A stretch of 64,000 nt of DNA from an uncultured Acidobacteriota bacterium (lineage in GTDB: Bacteria; Acidobacteriota; Thermoanaerobaculia; UBA5066; Gp7-AA6). Shown one piece after another: positions 55,387 to 64,000 of the stretch. Below the pieces are notes generated by a model that ran no database searches, was not told the origin of the DNA, and saw only the letters and a list, made by a program, of their open reading frames with translations. How positions within the stretch are numbered: position 1 is the stretch's first letter; each line of letters starts with the position of its first letter. The stretch lies in contig CAWINF010000001.1 of NCBI GenBank assembly GCA_963837495.1, forward strand, positions 2,043,382 through 2,107,381, read 5' to 3'. Both the position numbers and the translations under genes were made by a program.

Positions 55387-57807
55387 ATGTGTCGCCGACG
55401 GTTCCGGGTCGGAGGTCTTCCGGTAGACTCCGAGCGCGTGTTCCTGCTCGTTTTTCGGCTGCTCGCCGTGTATTTCGCAACGGTGGCGGCAACGCTCTGG
55501 CTCGCTCACCGGTTTCTCTCGCCTCTTCGGCCGCGCATCGCCGTCCTGCTCGCTCTCGGCCCTTTCCTGCTCGTGGGAAAGGCCCTCCTGACCGCCGGCG
55601 TCTATGCTCCCATCGACATCTCTTACCAGGCGGAGCCCCTGGAGAATCTCGCGCGCGAGATGGGAACTCAGATCACCCGGAACCCTGCGCTCGGAGACGT
55701 CGTGTATCAGGAGATCCCTTGGCGCAAAGCCGTCCGGGAAGCGGTGAAGAACGGGAGACTTCCTGCCTGGAACCGTTTCGTGCTGGCCGGCGAGCCGCTG
55801 CTCGCGACCCAGCAACCTGCCGTGCTTCAACCCGCGACCTGGTTGGGCTTCCTCCTTCCGCTCGCGCAGGCGTGGACGTTCGAGATGGCCCTGCGATACT
55901 TTCTGGCTCTCCTCTCGGCATACCTCTTTCTGCGCGAGCTACGATGCGGGGAGATCGCCGCGCTCTTCGGAGCCGCCGGCTGGGCATTCTGCGATTACCT
56001 GGTTTTTTATGTCGGCTATCCCCTGACTTCCGCGGCCGCTCCATTCCCCCTGCTCCTCCTCGGCCTGCGCCGGCTCGTCACCCGGGCAAATCGCCGCGCG
56101 GTCGGCCTCACGATCGTTGCTCTTCTGCTCATTCTCACGTCGGGCCATCCCGAGACCTTGCTGCACAGCGTGGCGGGCGCCGGCATCTACTTTCTTTTCG
56201 AGCTTGGATTCGCCGGGAAAGGGCGGAGGCTTCGCCCCCTCGGCCTGTCTCTCATCGCCGGAGTCCTCACGCTCGGGCTCAGCGCGGTGCTGCTTCTGCC
56301 GCTTGCGGAAGCGCTGCCCCACACCATGGAGCACTTCTACCGTTCAAACGTCTATGCTCACGCCCGCCGATCCATGGCGGTCGAAGATTCGATACGACGG
56401 GCGGTCCCCGACCTCATGCCGTTCTACTACGGCTTCTCCGGAAAAGGGATGGTGATAGAGGGATACCACGAGCCCGGCTCCTATGCCGGCTCCCTGTTGC
56501 TGCCGTTCGCCACGCTCGGTCTCTTCTCAAGGCGCCGTGAGAAGTGGCCTCTCCTGCTGATCGGGCTCCTCGGCGTCGCGGTGGGCGCGCGCCTGCGCGG
56601 GGTCATGGAGGCCGTCTGCGCGCTTCCCGGGTTCGACATCGGAATCAACGAGCGGATGGTCTTTCTCGGGGCTTTCGGGACGGCGGCGCTGGCCGCTCTG
56701 GGAATGGAGCGGCTCCAAGAGGAGGGGAGGGACGGCGTTTTCGCGGGCGCGACCGTCTTCTTTCTTGCTCTCATCGCGTTCCTGTACCGCCACGCGCAAC
56801 CCCACGTCTCCCAACTGCAGATGCCGGATGGCTACTTCTTGTACCGGACGGTCGTTCAGGCGCTTCCTCTGCTTCTCTGCGCGGGACTCTGGCTTGCGCT
56901 TCGGAGCCGACGGCTGGAGGCAGTCTGCATGGTCGCCGCGGTTTTGCTGCTCGCCGCGCAGCGCCGCCTGGAAGAGGGAGACTTCTATCCGACCTATCCC
57001 AACCGGGCCTTCTACCCCCCCTTGAAACTGCTGGATCCGATTCCGCGCAAGGCGCCATACCGTATGACTGCCGTCGGCTTCCTCTTCATCCCGAACATCG
57101 CGGCGCTCTACGAGGTCGAGGACGTCCGTGGCTATGAAGCAATGACCTTCAGGCCGCTCTTCGACACCTTTCCGCTCTGGTGCATCACACAGCCGGTCTG
57201 GTACAACCGGGTGGACGATCCGACGAGAGCGTTTCTTTCGTTCCTGAATGTCCGCTATGTTCTGGCGCCGCCGCGCCACTCGCCGCCGGCAGGCTGGAAG
57301 ATCCTCTACGAAGGCGTCGAAGGACAACTGCTCGAGAATCCCCGGGTCCTGCCGAGAGTGTTCGTTCCGCGGTCGATCCGCTACGGAACCAGGGAAGACG
57401 ATGAGGTTGCGGTGATGCTGGGGATCCGGGACTTTGCCGCCGAAGGCCTCGTCGGCGGGAGTCCGCCGGAAGGGCCGTCGGGACTTGGATTGCAAATCAA
57501 TGGCGAGGCCTCCGTCGAGATCGCCTCTTACGAACCGCAGCGGATGCGGCTCCGCATCGACGCCGTCCAGCGCGCCGTCGTCGCCACCTCGGTGACATCC
57601 TGGCCAGGCTGGAAACTCTCGATCGACGGAGCGAGGGCCCCGCTGATCTCCTATAACCACGCGTTTCTCGCGTTCCGTGTGCCACCCGGCCGTCACATCG
57701 CGGTTCTCCGTTACATGCCCGACAGTTTCGTGGCCGGCTCCGTAATCAGTCTGGTGACCCTGGCTGCCGTTCTGCATCTTCTTCTGCGCCGGGCTCGTCC
57801 GGTCTGA
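55387..57807 (+). CDS. YfhO-family GT-C membrane protein
   Basis: About 806 aa and polytopic. Contains ...EIPWRKAVREAVKNGRLPAWNRFVLAGEPLLATQQ... plus a large C-terminal extracytoplasmic domain and a final TM. The start is uncertain (ATG 55387 or GTG 55438). Confidence 0.7.
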   Translation: MCRRRFRVGGLPVDSERVFLLVFRLLAVYFATVAATLWLAHRFLSPLRPRIAVLLALGPFLLVGKALLTAGVYAPIDISYQAEPLENLAREMGTQITRNPALGDVVYQEIPWRKAVREAVKNGRLPAWNRFVLAGEPLLATQQPAVLQPATWLGFLLPLAQAWTFEMALRYFLALLSAYLFLRELRCGEIAALFGAAGWAFCDYLVFYVGYPLTSAAAPFPLLLLGLRRLVTRANRRAVGLTIVALLLILTSGHPETLLHSVAGAGIYFLFELGFAGKGRRLRPLGLSLIAGVLTLGLSAVLLLPLAEALPHTMEHFYRSNVYAHARRSMAVEDSIRRAVPDLMPFYYGFSGKGMVIEGYHEPGSYAGSLLLPFATLGLFSRRREKWPLLLIGLLGVAVGARLRGVMEAVCALPGFDIGINERMVFLGAFGTAALAALGMERLQEEGRDGVFAGATVFFLALIAFLYRHAQPHVSQLQMPDGYFLYRTVVQALPLLLCAGLWLALRSRRLEAVCMVAAVLLLAAQRRLEEGDFYPTYPNRAFYPPLKLLDPIPRKAPYRMTAVGFLFIPNIAALYEVEDVRGYEAMTFRPLFDTFPLWCITQPVWYNRVDDPTRAFLSFLNVRYVLAPPRHSPPAGWKILYEGVEGQLLENPRVLPRVFVPRSIRYGTREDDEVAVMLGIRDFAAEGLVGGSPPEGPSGLGLQINGEASVEIASYEPQRMRLRIDAVQRAVVATSVTSWPGWKLSIDGARAPLISYNHAFLAFRVPPGRHIAVLRYMPDSFVAGSVISLVTLAAVLHLLLRRARPV

Positions 57808-57815
57808 GCGAGTGT

Positions 57816-58334
57816 GTGCCGGTCACGTCGGTCCTGACTCTCCTTTGTCTGCTGGTCGGGGTGGCAGCCGTGGTCGCCGGGCGCCGGCCGCGGCCGGGCC
57901 GAGGCTTGCGGTTGCCATGGATCTGGCTCGCGGGAGCCACTGCAGTGCTGATCACGGGCCTTCACATTTCCAGAGCGCCGTCGCCCGCGTCTCTCTTCAA
58001 CGTCCCCGCGACGCCTCTCGACCTGACCAACGCCAGGCTCGCCGGTCTCTGGAGTTTTCTGGTAGAGGTCCGCGACAAGGTGCCCGAAGGAGCTTCCTAC
58101 ACGCTGCTCGCGCCGGACCCGGATGATGAAATGGTCCTGTACATGTTGTCCCTGGGGATCCTCCATAAGAACGCGGCTCTTCCCTCTTCCTACTTCGGCG
58201 CCGCGAGGCCCGAGGGAGCCCGGGCTCGATACGTGCTGTCGTACGGCAGCGACCTCCGAGGCAGTCAAGGCACTCTCCTGGTTTTCCGAGCGAGAAACGG
58301 CGCCGTCTACACACGGCCCGTTCGCCACCGATGA
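57816..58334 (+). CDS. hypothetical membrane-anchored protein
   Basis: 172 aa with two N-terminal hydrophobic segments. It starts 8 nt after the yfhO stop and overlaps the next gene by 4 nt. Confidence 0.5.
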   Translation: MPVTSVLTLLCLLVGVAAVVAGRRPRPGRGLRLPWIWLAGATAVLITGLHISRAPSPASLFNVPATPLDLTNARLAGLWSFLVEVRDKVPEGASYTLLAPDPDDEMVLYMLSLGILHKNAALPSSYFGAARPEGARARYVLSYGSDLRGSQGTLLVFRARNGAVYTRPVRHR

Positions 58335-59680
58335 TCGCCGCCATGGAGTTCCTCGCCGCTCAACTCGCGCTGGCGGTGTTCGGCGCCGGAGCCGGGTTCC
58401 ATCCGTCCGCGCGATCGATGTCCGTGGCGAGCCGGATCTCGATATCTCTGTGCGCGGGTGCCGTGGCCCTGACTCTTGAAGGGATCCTCTTTTCCCTGGT
58501 CGGAATCCCCTGGACGGTGTTTGGCCTCTCGGTTCCGCTCTGCTCGCTATCGGCTGCATGCGCGATGCGGTGGCGCAAACTGCCGGCGCAGCCTCGCGAG
58601 CCTTTTCGCGCGCGTCGCGCCGTCGCGCTCTGGTCGGTTCTCGTCTGCGGGGTGGCTTTGCTTCTTGCCGCGTTCTCCTTCAGTTCCTCCTCGGCCACCT
58701 CGGCCGATTTCCTCCTCTTCTGGGGCGTCAAGGCCGTGCGATTCGCCGACGCCCGGGGGATTGACGCGAATTTCCTGCGCGGCCCTTTCACTTTCCATGC
58801 CGTGCCGGAATACCCGCCGCTCGTGCCCGTCGTCCAGGCTTGGGGCTGCCTGGTGGCGGGGAAAATGCCCTGGAGGGTCGCCCCCGTCTCCTCCGTGATG
58901 TGGCTGGCTTTCACCGTCCCGATCGTGCTGGAGCGGTGCCGGCGGGTTCTCGGAGACGACGAGGCCACCTCCGTGACCGCCTTCTGGACGGCGGCCCTGT
59001 CGATTTCGCTCGCCTACTCCTATTCCGGCGGAAACGCCGAGGCACCCCTGCTCTTCTTCGAGACCGTTGCCCTCGCGTGGCTGATGACCGAGGATCCATC
59101 GGAGTCGCGTTTTGTCCCGATGATCGCGCTCTCCGGCGCCGCCCTCGCGAAGGTGGAGGGCTCCCTGGCCGTCGCGCTCATTACAGTCGGCGCCCTCCTG
59201 CGGTCGGACGGGCGGGGGCTGGCCCGCTCGGCGGCCCGTGCGCTGGTTCTGGCCGCGGTGCCGGCAGCGGCGGTGGGCACCTGGTTCTTGTACCAGGCAT
59301 CGCAGAGGCTTCCGGTAGGGTATCGGGCCCACGGCGCCTCCTTGTTTACCCTTCACCCGGGCAATCTCCGGGGGACCCTCACCGCGATGCTGCAATTCTT
59401 GAACGCGGGGAGCCTTTGGTTGCCCTGGGTTCTTTCCTTCTCTCTCCTTTTGCTGTTTCCCGGGGTATGGCGCCGCGTCCTGCCGGCCCTCCTCTTGATC
59501 GGTGGACTGCTCGCGTTCTTTCTCTTTGACTATCTCCACGACGCCGCCGTTCCGCGCATTCGCATCGAGTGGACTCTCCCGCGGGTCTCGCAGCCGGCTC
59601 TGTCCGCGGCGATCCTGGCGGCCGGTCTGGCGTCTCTGTGGCCTCGGTCCGCGCCGGCTTGCGGCGAGCGTTCCCGGTAA
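58331..59680 (+). CDS. polytopic membrane protein of unknown family (possible GT-C / O-antigen-polymerase-like)
   Basis: 449 aa, 10 or more hydrophobic segments, translationally coupled to the upstream ORF. I recognise no motif. Confidence 0.6.
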   Translation: MIAAMEFLAAQLALAVFGAGAGFHPSARSMSVASRISISLCAGAVALTLEGILFSLVGIPWTVFGLSVPLCSLSAACAMRWRKLPAQPREPFRARRAVALWSVLVCGVALLLAAFSFSSSSATSADFLLFWGVKAVRFADARGIDANFLRGPFTFHAVPEYPPLVPVVQAWGCLVAGKMPWRVAPVSSVMWLAFTVPIVLERCRRVLGDDEATSVTAFWTAALSISLAYSYSGGNAEAPLLFFETVALAWLMTEDPSESRFVPMIALSGAALAKVEGSLAVALITVGALLRSDGRGLARSAARALVLAAVPAAAVGTWFLYQASQRLPVGYRAHGASLFTLHPGNLRGTLTAMLQFLNAGSLWLPWVLSFSLLLLFPGVWRRVLPALLLIGGLLAFFLFDYLHDAAVPRIRIEWTLPRVSQPALSAAILAAGLASLWPRSAPACGERSR

Positions 59681-59844
59681 TGCCCCGGCCCGCGGAACAA
59701 TGGAGAGATCGAGGCGCGGTCTTTCCGCTTGCCGTGTTTGCGTTTGTCCCTTCAGCGCCCGTCGGCAAGCGTAGCGTGACCGATGCAAATTCGAGGAAGG
59801 TATGATCGGGATGGTGTCACAAGAAGCGAAAAGGGGGATTGTCA

Positions 59845-60312
59845 ATGGAGTTGCCTGTCAGGCTACCGGCCGTCGCAATCGCGTTGACGATTGCGGCTTT
59901 CATCGGGTGTGGGAAGAGTGAGACTTCGTCCGGCAGCGCGTCGGGCGCGCTCGAGAAGTCGCCGGCGGTAGTGGAATCAACCCCTGATTCTCATCCGCCT
60001 TTCGGAGTTCTCGATACGCCTCGAGAGGGCTCGGCGGTGCCGATCAAGTCCTGGGGCACGGGGTGGGCGCTGGATGACTCAGGCATCTTCCAGGTCACGG
60101 CGAGCGCTGACAATGGTCCGGCGGTACCCGCCAAGATCGGCCAGCCATTCCCGGGGGTCAAGGAGTCTTATCCGAACTCGCCCGACAACGATAAGGCTGG
60201 ATTCATCTTCGCAGTGCCCGACTTGCCGCCCGGCCCGCATTTCCTGAAGGTGGAGATCCTCGCGAAGGACGGCGGCAGAACCGTCCTCACGAGAAGTTTC
60301 AACGTGAAGTAG
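59845..60312 (+). CDS. lipoprotein with an Ig-like beta-sandwich domain
   Basis: The lipobox is AAFIGC. The pattern GVLDTP.EGS.V....GTGWALDD.G...V is seen in polysaccharide-cluster Ig-like domains. The ATG at 59845 follows an AAGGGGGA SD. Confidence 0.65.
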   Translation: MELPVRLPAVAIALTIAAFIGCGKSETSSGSASGALEKSPAVVESTPDSHPPFGVLDTPREGSAVPIKSWGTGWALDDSGIFQVTASADNGPAVPAKIGQPFPGVKESYPNSPDNDKAGFIFAVPDLPPGPHFLKVEILAKDGGRTVLTRSFNVK

Positions 60313-60353
60313 CTCCGAACCGCCACTCAGGAGACTTGCCAGCGGACTTCGAA

Positions 60354-61232
60354 TCAGGTCCTGCGCCGCCCCACGAAGACGGAGAAGTCGGACTCGATAT
60401 CGCCCGACCGGGTCAAACGGTCTTCAGCCTGGCAGAGAACCTGGAGGAGCCCATGGTCGCCGGGATCTCCATGGCGGAAATTGGCGACGACGCCGAAGAG
60501 CAGAGGATTCAGGAGGCCTCCTCCGGCGGGGTACTCAGCCTCCGATTGGAAGATCTGTCTCGCGATGGGAAGCACTTCCTCGCTTCTCACCGCCTCGGTC
60601 GGGTCATCGCGTCGGACATCCTCCGGGTCCTGGCGCACCCGCCTCCAGAGGCACCTGCCGGTCAACGGATCCTGGCGGAGGTGTTCGGGGAGGAGCCTGA
60701 AGTAACGGTTGATCAGCTCGAGCCGCTCATCGGAGTACTGGAATCGGTTCGGCCCGACGTACTCGAAGAAGAGCAACTTCCCCTCCGGCCCGAGAGCTTC
60801 ATGGATCCGAGTGTAGAGGTCCTCCAGATTGGTGATGTGGTGGATCACGTCGTGGGCGAAGACGGCGTCGTAGGGGCCGCCGAGTCCCCCTCTCTCCAGA
60901 TCGACGACCCGATACTCGATCCTGTCGAGCCCCTTCTCGGCGGCCATGCTGGAAGCCCGGGCGACTGTTTCGTGCGCGAAGTCGCAGGCAACGATGGAAC
61001 GGAATCGCCCGCGCTCGGCGAGCGCCCGCTCGAGCCAGCCCGAGCCGCATCCCAGGACCAGGGCGCGGTCCAAAGAGGGAGCCAGGTGCCGCCACTCGGC
61101 ATAGGTGACCCAATCGCAGTGGGGGTTTCCCGTGATGAGCTTGTGCAGATAGCAGCGGACGACGGGCGAAGAGGTCCATACGAGGCTCTCGAGCGTTGCC
61201 TTGAATTGTCGCTCGTTCCAGCGTGTCTGCAC
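60354..61232 (-). CDS. class I SAM-dependent methyltransferase
   Basis: The motif I sequence is VLGCGSGWLERAL, followed by an acidic D in VACDF and FAHDVIHH. Confidence 0.8.
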   Translation of the reverse strand: MQTRWNERQFKATLESLVWTSSPVVRCYLHKLITGNPHCDWVTYAEWRHLAPSLDRALVLGCGSGWLERALAERGRFRSIVACDFAHETVARASSMAAEKGLDRIEYRVVDLERGGLGGPYDAVFAHDVIHHITNLEDLYTRIHEALGPEGKLLFFEYVGPNRFQYSDERLELINRYFRLLPEHLRQDPLTGRCLWRRVRQDPEDVRRDDPTEAVRSEEVLPIARQIFQSEAEYPAGGGLLNPLLFGVVANFRHGDPGDHGLLQVLCQAEDRLTRSGDIESDFSVFVGRRRT

Positions 61233-61761
61233 GGCGCCGCATTATCTCCGAACCGGAACCGGCGCGCGGGAGGAAGAACGAAGACGGATCGGGGAGGAGC
61301 GAATTGACGAAGTCTCGCTGCGTCAGGCCGCGATTTCCCGACGGTGTGGTGGGAGGGCTTCTCGGAGGCCTCGGGGTCCTGCCGCTTCTTCCCATCGTGA
61401 GCGGGCTCGCGATCCGCTTCTTTTTGCGCCCGGCGGCGGGGGACGCGCTGCCGTGGTTTTCCCTTCTTGCTCTGCTGGCGATCGTCGCAGCGACAGTGTT
61501 TCGGGACGGTTCGACTCGGCGGATCGGGCAGCCTGGATCGGTTTTGCGGTAGCCGTCTTTTCGATACGGTCGATCCTCGGCCGGCCTGACGCGCCTCATG
61601 TGGCTCATTACGAGGTGTTCGTGGGACTGCCTTCGGCCTGGTTGCTCCTGCGGTTTGCTGCTCGGCTCGACCAGTGGCATCTCGCGCGCCGGAAGATCGC
61701 GCGATGACGCGTCTGGGAAGAGACCGTTCGGTATCAGACTAAAGTCTAAGGGAAGAAATCC

Positions 61762-61790
61762 TTGACCCCGTCTTCACGGAGAAATAGTCT
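61762..61790 (+). promoter_or_regulatory. promoter candidate far upstream of the 62047 gene
   Basis: TTGACC, 17-nt spacer, TAGTCT. This would give a leader of about 250 nt. Confidence 0.3.
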
Positions 61791-62046
61791 TCGCCACAAG
61801 GTCGTGCGGTAACGGATGATCGGAGGAGGTATCCACGAGACGCGGCTGCGATCTGAGCGCGTGCTCTTCTCCCGCCCGCGCGGCTGCTGTCCGGAGCGGA
61901 ATGCGCTCCGGATGGAAGCCCGCGCGCCAGGACCAACGACTCCACTCATGGCTTCCACGACGGCTCGCCGGCCGGCGGCCGTTTCTTTCACTGCCGTTTC
62001 CTGAGGACTCGCGTGTTTTTGGCCGCATGACTTTCGGAGGGTAGAC

Positions 62047-64000
62047 ATGAAAACCCGCACCCGTTGGATCCTCGCCGCGCTCACGGTCGTGCTTCTCCCG
62101 CTCGTGATCTCGGTTCCCTTGAGCAAGGCCCAGGTCTCCAGGATCTCGAGAGGCGCGCTCCTCCTGCAGAAGAATGTCCTGTCTCTGCCAGGGAGGATCT
62201 TCGGCAGCGCCATGCTCGGCTCCTCCGCGAAGCTGGCCGGAGGAGAGCCCAACAAAGACGACGGCGTCATAGCGGGCTCCTCGTATCGCAACGACACTTC
62301 GCCGCCGCTGCGCGATCTGCCTCCGTCGCCCGTGAGCACCAAGGGCAAGGCCGAGCACGAGGCCAACGCGAACCCGAAAATACCCAATCATCATGTGGAC
62401 GGCGGCGATACCGTTGTTCAGCGACGGCATTTTTCCGCCGCCCCGACCATTCCCGGCACGATACTGAACTTCGAAGGCATCCCCTTTCCGGGCGTGGCGT
62501 GCAATTGCGCGCCTCCCGACACCAACGGCGAGGTGGGCGCGACGCAGTACGTCCAGATCGTCAACGAAGGCTTCCAGGTCTTCGACAAACTTACGGGCGG
62601 GTCGGTGATGGGTCCCGTGGGCATCCAGACCCTCTGGGCCGGCTTCGGCGCGCCTTGCGAGACCAATGGCGACGGCGACCCCGTCGTGATCTACGACCAG
62701 CTCGCCAATCGCTGGGTCATCAGCCAGTTCGCTGGCGCGTCCATCCCGACGGACGAGTGCGTCGCCGTCTCCACCACGAGCGACGCCACCGGCTCATACA
62801 ACCGCTACGGTTTTCACCTGGGCACGAATTTCTTCGACTACCCGAAGCTGGCGGTCTGGCCCGACGCCTATTACATGAGCATGAACGTTTTTAATTCTTC
62901 GGCCACGGCTTTCCTCGGCCCCCAGCCGTTCGCCTTCGACCGCGCGGCGATGCTCGCCGGAGATCCGGCCACCTTCGTGAGCACCGGCATCACCGTCGGA
63001 CCCACCGAGGATCCTTATCTGCCCGCCGACCTGGACGGCTCCCGGCTGCCGCCCGCCGGCGCCCCGGCGACGTTCGTGGAATGGCCGGGCAGCGGCGTCT
63101 ACAAGGTCTACCACATGCACACCGACTTTGCCGTTCCGGCCAACAGCACCTTTACCCTCTTCGCCAGCCCGGCCGCCGCCCCCTTCACGGAGCTGTGCCC
63201 CACGACGCGGGCCTGCGTGCCCCAGCTCGGCTCGACGACCAATCTGGACGGCATCGGCGACCGGCTGATGTTCCGCGCTGCCACCCGCTTCTTCCCCGAC
63301 GACCACGAGGCGACCGTCGGAAACTTCTCCGTCCTCTCCGGCGGAGTGTCCGGCATTCGCTGGTTCGAGCTGCGCGACGCGACCGCCGGACCGGTGACGG
63401 TCTTCCAGGAAAGCACCTATCAACCCGACACCGACTGGCGCTGGATGGGCAGCGCGGCGATGGACAACCAGGCGAACCTCGCTCTGGGCTTCAGCGCCTC
63501 CAGCGCCACCATTTTTCCGCAGATTCGATACGCGGGACGGCTGGCAACCGATCCGTTGAACACGCTGGCTCAGGGCGAAGCCCACTTGTTTGACGGCACC
63601 GGCAGCCAGAGCGACACCAGCAGCCGCTGGGGCGATTACAGCGACCTGACCATTGATCCCGTGGACGACTGCACGTTCTGGTACACCACGGAGTACTACG
63701 CGACGACGTCCAGCTTCAACTGGCGCACACGCATCGGCAACTTCAAGTTTGCCGAGTGCACTCCGCAGGCGACGGGAACCGCGCACTTCGTCGTGACGAT
63801 CTGTGACGGAGGCTCGCCGCTGGCCAACGCCCTCGTCACCATTGACGGCTCCCTCACCGGCGCGACGGCCGCCGACGGCACATATGACGCCACGCTGCCG
63901 GCCGGAACGCACTCGTTCTCGATCTCCAAGGCCACGTTCGATACTGCGACCGGCACCTTCGACATCACCGACGGGGCGACCACAAACGTGCCCGTCTGCC
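62047..64000 (+). CDS. secreted protein of unknown function (beta-propeller-like region plus a CarboxypepD_reg-like domain), 3' end outside the window
   Basis: Not in the ORF track because no stop is reached. My translation gives MKTRTRWILAALTVVLLPLVISVPLSKAQ..., GDPVVIYDQLANRWVISQF, SSRWGDYSDLTIDP and a C-terminal ...VTIDGSLTGATAADGTYDATLPAGTHSFSISK. The frame is open for 651 codons. Confidence 0.75.
   Translation, partial: MKTRTRWILAALTVVLLPLVISVPLSKAQVSRISRGALLLQKNVLSLPGRIFGSAMLGSSAKLAGGEPNKDDGVIAGSSYRNDTSPPLRDLPPSPVSTKGKAEHEANANPKIPNHHVDGGDTVVQRRHFSAAPTIPGTILNFEGIPFPGVACNCAPPDTNGEVGATQYVQIVNEGFQVFDKLTGGSVMGPVGIQTLWAGFGAPCETNGDGDPVVIYDQLANRWVISQFAGASIPTDECVAVSTTSDATGSYNRYGFHLGTNFFDYPKLAVWPDAYYMSMNVFNSSATAFLGPQPFAFDRAAMLAGDPATFVSTGITVGPTEDPYLPADLDGSRLPPAGAPATFVEWPGSGVYKVYHMHTDFAVPANSTFTLFASPAAAPFTELCPTTRACVPQLGSTTNLDGIGDRLMFRAATRFFPDDHEATVGNFSVLSGGVSGIRWFELRDATAGPVTVFQESTYQPDTDWRWMGSAAMDNQANLALGFSASSATIFPQIRYAGRLATDPLNTLAQGEAHLFDGTGSQSDTSSRWGDYSDLTIDPVDDCTFWYTTEYYATTSSFNWRTRIGNFKFAECTPQATGTAHFVVTICDGGSPLANALVTIDGSLTGATAADGTYDATLPAGTHSFSISKATFDTATGTFDITDGATTNVPVC

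Noticed and set aside
61790-62046. A known riboswitch in the long leader of the 62047 gene.
   Set aside because: By eye I could not match TPP, cobalamin, SAM, glycine, c-di-GMP, guanidine, fluoride, Mn or ZTP signatures. It is left as an unclassified leader.

Overview
This is a visibly GC-rich bacterial chromosomal segment (GC not computed). The protein repertoire suggests an Acidobacteriota-like organism: a TolB-like/TPR Ser/Thr kinase, ASPIC/UnbV, a sortilin/BNR protein and many GT-C glycosyltransferases. That taxonomic call is inference only. I support about 55 protein genes, one tRNA, one IS element and several intergenic repeat families.

Layout:
1. 1-7.1 kb is a decayed accessory islet next to tRNA-Gln(CUG). 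It holds higBA, a FabH-like remnant, an IS3-family IS flanked by two unrelated truncated genes, a 5'-truncated Ser/Thr kinase and phd-vapC.
2. 7.2-14.6 kb holds a sortilin/BNR protein, ychF, a LEA_2 protein and a GT39 glycosyltransferase.
3. 14.7-23.6 kb holds a frameshifted vapBC, a hybrid histidine kinase, a frameshifted amidohydrolase, a secreted protein of unknown family, DDAH and a 5'-truncated fhs.
4. 23.6-34.7 kb is a redox/stress block. It includes a Tat aldo/keto reductase, DUF5996, a translationally coupled MOSC / sulfite-oxidase-like / cNMP-Grx-TrxR triad, an MFS transporter, marC and a succinate-semialdehyde dehydrogenase.
5. 34.8-46.7 kb holds gltX, eamA, htrA, hsp20-clpB, queCE and copA with a cupredoxin partner.
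6. 46.9-64 kb is an envelope block. It includes GT2 with GT87, truA, uppS-cdsA-dxr-rseP, a YfhO-type GT-C cluster, and a secreted protein that runs off the window end and is missing from the ORF track.

No CRISPR array, rRNA, integrase or recognisable defence operon was seen. The most unusual signals are non-coding:
- two palindromic arrays of tandem heptamers
- a 28-nt motif that brackets higBA and the GT39 gene
- a 155-nt nested palindrome upstream of DUF5996
- three further structured repeat families that sometimes supply start or stop codons

The density of truncated or frameshifted genes is also high. Many long ORFs in the track are antisense shadow ORFs typical of GC-rich DNA and were not called.
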